Source: a virus
Lineage: Duplodnaviria > Caudoviricetes
Length of the DNA: 38,036 nucleotides
Strand: one strand, 5' to 3'
Virus record (IMG/VR): IMGVR_UViG_3300048562_000085
Location: 1-38,036 of that record
Shown here: positions 9,073-16,411 of the stretch, in pieces
How the letters are laid out: every line of letters begins with the position of its first letter
Position numbering within the stretch: the first letter of the stretch is position 1
Position numbers and translations under genes: made by a program
Notes under the pieces: model-generated
Seen by the model: only the letters and a program-made list of their open reading frames with translations
Databases searched by the model: none
What the model was told of the DNA's origin: nothing

Positions 9073-9213
9073 ATGTTGGTGTTATCACGGAAGCCGAACG
9101 AGCGGATTGAGATCGATGGCGGGATCACGTTGACGATCGTTGAAATCCGGGGCGACAAGGTTCGCATCGGGTTCGACGCGCCGAAGGACGTTGAACATGT
9201 CGAAGCTGCATGA
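9073..9213 (+). CDS. csrA: CsrA/RsmA family protein, C-terminally short (46 aa; absent from ORF track)
   Basis: Translated by hand: MLVLSRKPNERIEIDGGITLTIVEIRGDKVRIGFDAPKDVEHVEAA*; AAGGA RBS. Confidence 0.9.
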   Translation: MLVLSRKPNERIEIDGGITLTIVEIRGDKVRIGFDAPKDVEHVEAA

Positions 9214-9781
9214 CGTTTGGGTGGGGACGTACACGAACAAGCGGTTTCGGCCGTTCGACCCACGGCCGGAGGATGTCGACATCGAGGACATTGCCCATTC
9301 GCTGGCACACCAGTGCCGGTTTAACGGGCATTGCGGTATGTACTACTCGGTCGCCGAGCATTCGCTGCTGGTGGCCTCCAACGTGGCGCCGGAGTTTGCG
9401 CTCTGGGGTCTGATGCACGATGCCGCGGAGGCGTACATATCGGACATCGTTCGGCCGATCAAGGCACGTTTGTTCGTGTTCTGTGGCGAGGAATGGGGGG
9501 ACGGTGAGCCAGACTACTCCCAGATTCGTGTTTCCGAATCACGAATCCTCAGGGTCATCGCGCGGAAATTTGGGCTGGTGTGGCCAATGCCGACTGAAGT
9601 CGAGACGGCGGACTTGCGCGCCCTCGCCACCGAACGGGATAACCTATTTGATGAGGATCAGCCCGAGTGGACGGATCTCGCCGGCGTGACGCCGTACGAT
9701 ACCCTGCTGGCCTGTATGACGCCCCGCAACGCTAGGTGGCACTTCCTGGAGCGGTTTTCTCAGTTGAGTCGCAAGGCATAA
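9197..9781 (+). CDS. HD-domain phosphohydrolase, YfbR/YfdR-like 5'-deoxynucleotidase
   Basis: IEDIAHSLAHQCRFNGH, YSVAEHS, LMHDAAEAY.SD and AD..ALATE motifs; ATG at 9197 preferred over 9140. Confidence 0.88.
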   Translation: MSKLHDVWVGTYTNKRFRPFDPRPEDVDIEDIAHSLAHQCRFNGHCGMYYSVAEHSLLVASNVAPEFALWGLMHDAAEAYISDIVRPIKARLFVFCGEEWGDGEPDYSQIRVSESRILRVIARKFGLVWPMPTEVETADLRALATERDNLFDEDQPEWTDLAGVTPYDTLLACMTPRNARWHFLERFSQLSRKA

Positions 9782-9797
9782 CGAAAGGAGATGTGCC

Positions 9798-10001
9798 ATG
9801 AGTGAGCACAAGAAAACGGGTTTCTATTACGGTGAACATGGATTTGGCGTCGTGTGCGCCGACCCAGACGACGATCAGGCCCGTTGGCGCTGGGCGTCGG
9901 AGGTCTACCGGCTTTGGCGCGAGGCCGGTTGGCCGAGCCTGATCGGGCCCGGCGCCGGCGAAAAGAAACAGGCGCAGGCGATTCTCGGACTGGATTATTG
10001 A
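9798..10001 (+). CDS. Hypothetical protein
   Basis: AAAGGAG RBS; tight packing. Confidence 0.6.
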   Translation: MSEHKKTGFYYGEHGFGVVCADPDDDQARWRWASEVYRLWREAGWPSLIGPGAGEKKQAQAILGLDY

Positions 10002-10023
10002 GAGCGCAAGGAGATTGTTCACA

Positions 10024-11295
10024 ATGGGCGCTAAGACGAAAATCGAATGGTGTGACGCGACCTGGAATCCGATCACGGGATGCACTGCGATCAGCGCGGG
10101 TTGCGACAACTGCTGGGCCAAGCGAATGTCGAAGCGACTGGCGGGGCGGACTGGCTATCTCGACTATGATCCTTTTCGAGTGACGTTTCACGACGACCGG
10201 CTCGAGATCCCTCTCCGCTGGACAAAACCACGGAGGATCGCGGCCAGTTTGATGGGCGATTTGTTCCATAGGGACGTGCCGTTCGAGTGGATCGACAGGG
10301 TGTTTGCTGTGATGGCCATTAGCTTTCAACACACGTTTCTTGTATTGACCAAGCGGCCGCACCGAATGGCGGAATGGTTTACCGAGCACCTCAAACAGAA
10401 GGCGCGTGGTTATTGGATCGGCAAGCCCGGGTATTTGTTCGACGAACTGCTGCACCCGGGGCAGGATCACGACTCTTGTGAAATGCGCGACGACCCCGCC
10501 TGGTTTACGGAGAGGTTGCTGCAGCTGAAGGCGAAGTACTACCCGGACGTTCCGTCTCGCGCGCAAAACCTCGGAGACTCCAGCCTGGTGTGCCCGTGGC
10601 CGCTGCCTAACGTATGGCTCGGAACGTCCGTCGAAAATCAGCATGCGGCCGACGAGCGGATCCCGTGGCTTCTGAAATGTCCCGCGGCAGTGCGGTTTCT
10701 GTCGATGGAGCCGTTGCTTGGGCCGGTTGACCTTCTTGAACATATTCATACGCATAGGTGCAGCGCCTGCAATTGGATTGGGTTTCGCACGGACATTACC
10801 GACGAGGATGAGAACGAAGAGGCGGTATGCCCAGGGTGCGGAACATCAGATCAGCTTGGGCCGCGGATGGACTTTTTGTGGAACCCCGGTGTGGAGGCGG
10901 GCGAGGCTGAACGCCGTTGCCGACAAAATCGCCATTCTCCGATCGACTGGATAATCGCCGGCGGAGAGTCGGGCCCTGGTGCGCGGCCAATGCACCCGGA
11001 TTGGGCACGCTCGGTTCGGGATCAGTGTCACGCGGCCGGTGTCCCTTTCTTTTTCAAGCAGTGGGGATCGTGGATTCCATACGAGCAGGACGGCCAACCG
11101 CCATTCTGGAATGGTCAGGATGGCTCGCTCGTCGATGGACACATCTTTCCCGGCGGGCTCGCGGATCACATCCAGCGAGGCGAATGGTACAGCCCCGAAC
11201 TGGATGGAGTCGTATATCGCCGTGCAGACAGGCGGAAGAATAATCGACTGCTGGACGGCCGCGAATGGAATGACACGCCAGCCGTGAAATCGTAG
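10024..11295 (+). CDS. DUF5131 (phage Gp37/Gp68) family protein
   Basis: TKIEWCDATWNPITGCT..S.GCDNCWA, SLMGDLFH, LTKRP, NVWLGTSVENQ, FLSMEPLLG, GGESG, PFFFKQWG. Confidence 0.92.
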   Translation: MGAKTKIEWCDATWNPITGCTAISAGCDNCWAKRMSKRLAGRTGYLDYDPFRVTFHDDRLEIPLRWTKPRRIAASLMGDLFHRDVPFEWIDRVFAVMAISFQHTFLVLTKRPHRMAEWFTEHLKQKARGYWIGKPGYLFDELLHPGQDHDSCEMRDDPAWFTERLLQLKAKYYPDVPSRAQNLGDSSLVCPWPLPNVWLGTSVENQHAADERIPWLLKCPAAVRFLSMEPLLGPVDLLEHIHTHRCSACNWIGFRTDITDEDENEEAVCPGCGTSDQLGPRMDFLWNPGVEAGEAERRCRQNRHSPIDWIIAGGESGPGARPMHPDWARSVRDQCHAAGVPFFFKQWGSWIPYEQDGQPPFWNGQDGSLVDGHIFPGGLADHIQRGEWYSPELDGVVYRRADRRKNNRLLDGREWNDTPAVKS

Positions 11296-11306
11296 GAGGG
11301 CTTGCC

Positions 11307-11555
11307 GTGGTCCGCACGAACATCCGCCTGCTGGTACTGAGGGTGTTTCAATATCACGGGCCGTTGACCGATGCCCAGTTGGCGTGGTGGATGGAGGACG
11401 TGTTACAGAAGAATGCCGCAACGGCAAAGCGAAAACGCTGGGAATTGTCCCAGGAGGGCATGTTGCGCGAGGTTCCAGGGAAGGCCCTGCGGACCGCCGC
11501 GGGGCGATTCCAGAAACTATGGGAGTTAGCGCCAGGAGTGAAACCACATGGATGA
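11307..11555 (+). CDS. Hypothetical protein, possible winged HTH
   Basis: AGGAGG RBS; GPLTDAQLA...RKRWELSQEGML pattern. Confidence 0.6.
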   Translation: MVRTNIRLLVLRVFQYHGPLTDAQLAWWMEDVLQKNAATAKRKRWELSQEGMLREVPGKALRTAAGRFQKLWELAPGVKPHG

Positions 11556-11913
11556 TGCTATCGTATGCAATCGCAGGGACGCTCGGGAGCGCGCTCGAGT
11601 TGTCGCCGGCTTGGTGATCGAAGAGGTCGGCCGCGTGCCTGCCGTCGACCAGGGCGTGTTTTGGGAGGAACTCAAGAAGATCCTTCCGACCCCAAAGCCG
11701 CCGGCCAAGCCATCCGTGGATCTAATGACGGACCTGCAGGCGAGGGCATTTGGCCAGGCCCTGATGCCATTCGGGCAGTTTCAAGGGCAACCCGTCGACG
11801 AGGTACCCCTCAATTACCTGCGCAAGCTGTGCGATCCGAGCGCGTTCATCCGCAATTTGAAGCGTTATCTTGCGACGGACCGAGTCCAGGCCGAGGACAA
11901 TTCCGAACCATGA
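11548..11913 (+). CDS. Hypothetical protein with DUF3820-like C-terminal motif
   Basis: MPFGQFQGQPVDEVPLNYL motif; AGGAG RBS. Confidence 0.7.
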   Translation: MDDAIVCNRRDARERARVVAGLVIEEVGRVPAVDQGVFWEELKKILPTPKPPAKPSVDLMTDLQARAFGQALMPFGQFQGQPVDEVPLNYLRKLCDPSAFIRNLKRYLATDRVQAEDNSEP

Positions 11914-11956
11914 CGCATCCGTCGATCGCCGGCGGATCCATTTCCCGGGAAATATT

Positions 11957-12316
11957 ATGGCTCGAAAACCGGCACGTGAAAGCGAATCACAAGAAGCAAT
12001 CGAGACGCTGTGGCATCGCTTTTGCGCGATGGCCGTTGAGCAAAGGGTCGTCCCGCCGGATTGGCCGCGGACCGTTGCGCGCGGAGCGAGAGGCCCCGCA
12101 ATGCGTAAAAGGTGGCAGCTCGTCGTCGGGTTCCGTCCGGAAAACGCGCTCGAGGTTGCGGCGCTCGGCGTCGTGGCGTATCGGCCGGCGGAATGCACAG
12201 AACCAACCGAGGCGCGTCCCGGATCGTTGGGCAAAATCGAGATCTTGCGCGAGAGATTTGCAGCCGGCGTGGAGTTATTTCATCCGGGCGATGAGCAAGT
12301 TTTGCGTCCTCTCTAA
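11957..12316 (+). CDS. Hypothetical protein
   Basis: C-terminal PTEARPGSLGKIEILRERF..G.ELFHPGD, a motif I associate with planctomycete small proteins (unverified). Confidence 0.6.
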   Translation: MARKPARESESQEAIETLWHRFCAMAVEQRVVPPDWPRTVARGARGPAMRKRWQLVVGFRPENALEVAALGVVAYRPAECTEPTEARPGSLGKIEILRERFAAGVELFHPGDEQVLRPL

Positions 12317-12336
12317 ATTGCCCAAACTGTTCGGCA

Positions 12337-12363
12337 TTGACAAAATTTCTGGCGTGATACGAT
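12337..12363 (+). promoter_or_regulatory. Candidate sigma70-type promoter for the protease cassette
   Basis: TTGACA (12337) and extended -10 TGATACGAT (12355-12363) in an AT-richer intergenic gap; the spacer is only 15 nt. Confidence 0.4.
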
Positions 12364-12418
12364 GGGACGTGTCATGCAAATGTTTGTGTTCCAGTTTTCA
12401 GACCGAAGGAGTTTCGAC

Positions 12419-12739
12419 ATGGTTACCGAGAAAGAATTTGCCCTGATTCCCGAGGAAACCCGGGAGGTGTTGCGTACCGCGATCGCCGAGGCGATTGGCG
12501 AGCCGGACGCGAAGAAGATTGGCGACGGCAAGTTGAAAGAGCTGCTCGCCAAGTTGCTCCCGCTCTTGATCCAATTCGCGCCGTTGTTCTTCGGCGTTGA
12601 AAAGGAAGAGATCGATCGCAAGATCGGTGACGGCACGATCGCCACGCTCTTCGTGAATGCCCTGAGCAACCCGCAGTTCATCCAGAGCATCGCCGGCCTG
12701 ATCGCGATGATCCAGGGCTTGTTCCCTGCGAAGAAGTAG
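12419..12739 (+). CDS. Small membrane-associated protein with two amphipathic helices (holin-like candidate)
   Basis: AAGGAG RBS; two KIGDG-led hydrophobic helices; basic C-terminus. Confidence 0.65.
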   Translation: MVTEKEFALIPEETREVLRTAIAEAIGEPDAKKIGDGKLKELLAKLLPLLIQFAPLFFGVEKEEIDRKIGDGTIATLFVNALSNPQFIQSIAGLIAMIQGLFPAKK

Positions 12740-12764
12740 TCTTCGGTCTCGGAAACGGGATCTA

Positions 12765-12802
12765 GGCCGGGGGCTCGAGCAATCCCGCCCCCGGCCGTCT
12801 TT
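12765..12802 (+). terminator. Putative intrinsic terminator/hairpin
   Basis: GGCCGGGGGC...GCCCCCGGCC followed by GTCTTT (weak U-tract). Confidence 0.45.
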
Positions 12803-12836
12803 CAAGTCACCAACCCTATCTCTAGGAGGTTTCGCC

Positions 12837-14300
12837 ATGAAACGGGCGATTCTGGTTTTGATAATGCTGGCGGCTGCGGCGCCGGCGATCGCCGCCGACC
12901 TGACAATCAAGGATGGCTCGACGTCGACCGTTACGCTCAACGACGAGTCGACAATTTCCATGCGGTTTACGGTGGACGCCTCGGGGAGTATTACCTGGAT
13001 CGGCGCCCTCGGGCGAAATGAGTGGTTTTCGCCGGCGGTTTCTGGCGGGGCTCCTGGGCCCGGGCCATTGCCGCCGGTGCCGCCAAAGCCTCCGCTTCCC
13101 CCCGAGCCGCCCGTTCCCCCGACTCCGCAAAAGGTTCGCGTCGCCTTGTTTGTCGACAATTCTGCCCTCTTTGAAATGCCCGAGGCTCAGCGGCAGATGA
13201 TCGCGTCCTGCCTCGCCGGCGGGCTGCGTGATTGGTGCAGCAAGAATTGCCTGACCGCGGCCGACGGGACGCCTGAAATGCGGATATGGCCAGTGACCAC
13301 AACGGCGAGTGAGACGGACGCCAGGTGGCAACCGCTCGTTGCAGCGTCGACCGGAAAACCCGGGATCGTCGTCCAGGCGGGTGAGGCCGGTTTGATCACG
13401 CGCATCGAGTTGCCCGCCGATTCCGCCGCGGCAATTACCGCATTGGAGAAGCTGGCTGGGATTCGAGCGAACCCGCCGCCGAAGGAACTGCACGGCAGGG
13501 GATTTATCAAGCCGACGGCCGCGGCGATCGCCAAGTGGCCAAAGTTTTCGGCGTCGTATCCGTTGATTCCTCGCTCACAATGGAAAACGCTTATCGCCGA
13601 GGGCCGTGGAACCTTCCTGGGCGATCTGATCCGAGCGGCGAAGATCCCTGCGAAGAATCAGGACGGGTTGAACTACTGCTGGGCCTACGCCTCCGTTTCA
13701 TGCGTCGAGGCGATTCGAGCCCTACAGGGTCAGCCCTTCGTGGAATTGTCGCCCGAGTCGGTTGCTGGACCGATTAAAAACTGGCGCAACGATGGCGGAT
13801 GGGGGCAAGACGCCCTCGACCGGCTCGCTAGTGTTGGCGCATGCCGGGCGGATTTCATGGACGCGCCAAACAGTCGCAGTCCGCGCCGATGGGCTGCTGG
13901 TTGGGAGGCCGACTGTGCCAACCACAAAATCACTGCCGCGTGGGCGAATATCGATGACGGCGAATTTGATGCCGTGATGACGGCCGCGTTGCTTCGGTTG
14001 CCTGTGTCCATCGGCCTCGACTGGTGGGAGCACCAAGTAATGATCACCGGGCCAGTCGACCTCGGCAACGGCAAATATGGCGTCGAGTTCAGAAATTCGT
14101 GGGGTAGTGATTATGGCACGGACGGATTCGACACGTTGACGGAAGCCAAAGCCCAACCGTCAGGATCGTTTGCTTGCGTCTCGGTTGGCGTGTCCGATCG
14201 AGAGGCCAATGCGAAGCAGCGTGGGACCGTGGTTGATCTCGCACGGCTCCGGCAGAAAACCGTCGCGAAGGTCATCGCCCAATACCAGAACGCGAATTGA
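12837..14300 (+). CDS. Secreted papain-like cysteine peptidase (family C1)
   Basis: Signal peptide (MKRAILVLIMLAAAAPAIA), Pro-rich linker, NQDGLNYCWAY (Q/C), WEHQV (H), NSWG (N); AGGAGG RBS. Confidence 0.88.
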   Translation: MKRAILVLIMLAAAAPAIAADLTIKDGSTSTVTLNDESTISMRFTVDASGSITWIGALGRNEWFSPAVSGGAPGPGPLPPVPPKPPLPPEPPVPPTPQKVRVALFVDNSALFEMPEAQRQMIASCLAGGLRDWCSKNCLTAADGTPEMRIWPVTTTASETDARWQPLVAASTGKPGIVVQAGEAGLITRIELPADSAAAITALEKLAGIRANPPPKELHGRGFIKPTAAAIAKWPKFSASYPLIPRSQWKTLIAEGRGTFLGDLIRAAKIPAKNQDGLNYCWAYASVSCVEAIRALQGQPFVELSPESVAGPIKNWRNDGGWGQDALDRLASVGACRADFMDAPNSRSPRRWAAGWEADCANHKITAAWANIDDGEFDAVMTAALLRLPVSIGLDWWEHQVMITGPVDLGNGKYGVEFRNSWGSDYGTDGFDTLTEAKAQPSGSFACVSVGVSDREANAKQRGTVVDLARLRQKTVAKVIAQYQNAN

Positions 14301-14309
14301 GGTGGAACG

Positions 14310-14537
14310 ATGTACGTCCTCGAAGAAATCACCGACGGCGAAAAGTTCATCGGATTGCGGATTTCCACCAACGGCCGGATGGTCGCTGAACTGAAGGGCG
14401 GAGTTGCCCTCACGATCGCCGCGCAGCATGCAGCCCTCCCGTTCAACGGCAAAAAGGATGCCTACCTTTCTGACATTGTGATGGCCGTCACGCATTGTGC
14501 GATCACCGGAAGCGTTCCGGTGGCGATGGTTGGCTAA
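14310..14537 (+). CDS. Hypothetical protein
   Basis: GAGGT RBS; lies between the two proteases. Confidence 0.6.
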   Translation: MYVLEEITDGEKFIGLRISTNGRMVAELKGGVALTIAAQHAALPFNGKKDAYLSDIVMAVTHCAITGSVPVAMVG

Positions 14538-14554
14538 ACGAATTGAGGTGAATC

Positions 14555-15385
14555 ATGACACGCAAAGCCCTCTTAGTTGGAATCAACCAATACCCCGGCG
14601 CGCCGCTCCGTGGCTGCCTCAATGACATCGAGGCGATGGCCACCCACCTGGTCGAGAAACTGGGATGGAATCGCAGCGACATTCGCCTACTGACGGACAA
14701 GCGGGCGACGACCGACGCCATCCGCGAGCGGCTCCAGTGGCTCGTTGACTTCGACCAGGCCGGTGACTCGCTGTTCTTTCATTACTCGGGCCACGGCGCA
14801 CAGATGGCGACTCGATCGTGCAGCGGCGAAGCGGGTTCCCTGCACGACTGCATCTGCCCCGTCGATTTCGACTGGTCGCCCGAGCGAGCTTTGTTGGACA
14901 CCGACTTCGCCACGATTTTTGCCAACATCCCAGCCGGCGTGAGCTTCACCTGGGTGTCGGATTCTTGCCACTCCGGAAGCTTGGCCCGCGCACCGTTCTG
15001 TCCGTGCGGGCGCAATCCCGAAGATTATCGGACTCCGCGATCAATGCCAGTTCCGCCGGACATCGCATGGCGCAACGCTACGGCCGCCGAGGCAAAACTT
15101 CAGCCGTATGGGCTAGCCCGGGCCATCCAGCATCTCCATGGCGTGCTGCTGGCCGGATGCAAGAGCGAGCAGACGTCGGCCGACGCGTTCATCGACGGGC
15201 GGTACTGCGGGGCGTTCACGACGGCGTTATTGAACCGGCTGGCCGAGCCCGGATGGCTCGCGAGGCCCGTTGCCACAGTTACAAAGGCCGCAAATGAGTG
15301 GCTTGCAAGTCATGGCTACGACCAGGACCCACAAGCCAAGGGCGACCTGTTGCACCTGGCCAAGCCGTGGCTGGCCCATGTCTAA
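14555..15385 (+). CDS. Metacaspase (peptidase C14)
   Basis: RKALLVGINQY..LRGCLND, FFHYSGHG (His), DSCHSG (Cys), and p10-like AGCKSEQTSADAF...GAFTTALL...QDPQ. Confidence 0.95.
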   Translation: MTRKALLVGINQYPGAPLRGCLNDIEAMATHLVEKLGWNRSDIRLLTDKRATTDAIRERLQWLVDFDQAGDSLFFHYSGHGAQMATRSCSGEAGSLHDCICPVDFDWSPERALLDTDFATIFANIPAGVSFTWVSDSCHSGSLARAPFCPCGRNPEDYRTPRSMPVPPDIAWRNATAAEAKLQPYGLARAIQHLHGVLLAGCKSEQTSADAFIDGRYCGAFTTALLNRLAEPGWLARPVATVTKAANEWLASHGYDQDPQAKGDLLHLAKPWLAHV

Positions 15386-15426
15386 GCGTTTTCCGTTTCC
15401 CTTTTCACTTTTTTGGAGACCTTTCA

Positions 15427-15930
15427 ATGAGATCCTTGATTCTGTGTCTGTGTGCCATCGTGATTTACGCTTGGACTCCGGCTGCCGAGGCCCGAGGGCG
15501 AGCGACCGGAGGCTGCCAGAGTTGTGCGGGAGGCGTTTGTGAGTTGCCGGCTGCCCCAGCTGTCGAGCAATCCAAGCCCGTCGAACAAGCGAAGACGTGG
15601 CCCTGGTCGAAGCCGGACAAGCCCATCGCTCCGCCGGCTCCTGTTGTTGTGCCTACACCCGCCCCGGCCGTCGAAATTGTCGTACCGCCGCCCCCGGCCC
15701 CCCTGGTCGAACCGGCCGTGCCGGCTGTTGCAGTGGACGCTTGCAGCTCTTGTGACTCCGGTAATTCTCAGGCTGAAGCCAGAAAGCCTCTGCGGCGAAT
15801 CCTCGCGGGCGTAGCGGCCGGCGTCGGCAAAGCAGTCCAGGGTATCGGCCGGCTTGGCGAGGCCATCAAAAATCGCCCGCATAAGCCGGTGGCCAAAGCT
15901 GTCGGCCGGCTCTTTGTCCGGCGACGTTAA
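15427..15930 (+). CDS. Secreted Cys/Pro-rich protein with cationic amphipathic C-terminus
   Basis: GGAG RBS; signal peptide ending AEA; CQSC...C, Pro-rich spacer, CSSC, then an Arg/Lys-rich helix. Confidence 0.75.
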   Translation: MRSLILCLCAIVIYAWTPAAEARGRATGGCQSCAGGVCELPAAPAVEQSKPVEQAKTWPWSKPDKPIAPPAPVVVPTPAPAVEIVVPPPPAPLVEPAVPAVAVDACSSCDSGNSQAEARKPLRRILAGVAAGVGKAVQGIGRLGEAIKNRPHKPVAKAVGRLFVRRR

Positions 15931-15942
15931 GCATGTCACCGC

Positions 15943-15981
15943 GCCGGGCGACCACCCTTCCCTGGTCGCCCGGCTTTTCTT
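15943..15981 (+). terminator. Intrinsic terminator
   Basis: 12-bp stem GCCGGGCGACCA/TGGTCGCCCGGC followed by TTTTCTT. Confidence 0.8.
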
Positions 15982-16006
15982 CATTGTGATCGCGAAAAGG
16001 CCAACT

Positions 16007-16411
16007 ATGAAGTCACTTGTTCTCTTGATTGCGGTTGTTCTGTGTGGCGTGATGGTAGCCTTCGCGAATGAGCCAACGTCCCGGGCTGTGCTGATCGGCC
16101 AGACGACCACGACGACGAGCGAGGCAGGCGACCTGGAAAAGTCCGCCGAGAAGGTCCTTGTAAGTCTCGGCAGCCTTGGTTTCATGGCATGGCTGTGTCG
16201 GTACATGATCTCATCCGCATTGCCCGAGAAGGACAAAGAGATCGCGTCCGCTCGAGCGGCGTTCCAAGATGAGATGCAGAAGGAACGCGAGGCTCACGCT
16301 GCGAACGTCAAGGAGCTTGTCGGACAGCTACGCAAGCAGTCCGAGGACATGATGCAGGTCATCCGGACTTGTGATGTGCGACGGAATAAGCCTACGCAGG
16401 AGACCACATGA
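16007..16411 (+). CDS. Membrane protein (signal/TM + TM + coiled coil), holin-like candidate
   Basis: N-terminal hydrophobic segment, second segment VLVSLGSLGFMAWLCRYMI, charged coiled-coil tail. Confidence 0.65.
   Translation: MKSLVLLIAVVLCGVMVAFANEPTSRAVLIGQTTTTTSEAGDLEKSAEKVLVSLGSLGFMAWLCRYMISSALPEKDKEIASARAAFQDEMQKEREAHAANVKELVGQLRKQSEDMMQVIRTCDVRRNKPTQETT

Noticed and set aside
9197-9781. HD hydrolase as DatZ of a 2-aminoadenine (Z-genome) pathway
   Set aside because: No PurZ, MazZ or DNA polymerase is recognised in the window; the context fits YfdR-like genes.
12837-15385. Protease pair as a host gasdermin/CBASS-type defence island
   Set aside because: No gasdermin, cyclase, TIR or NLR-like gene is recognised, and the genes are co-oriented within the phage late region. 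A remote effector among the small ORFs cannot be excluded.
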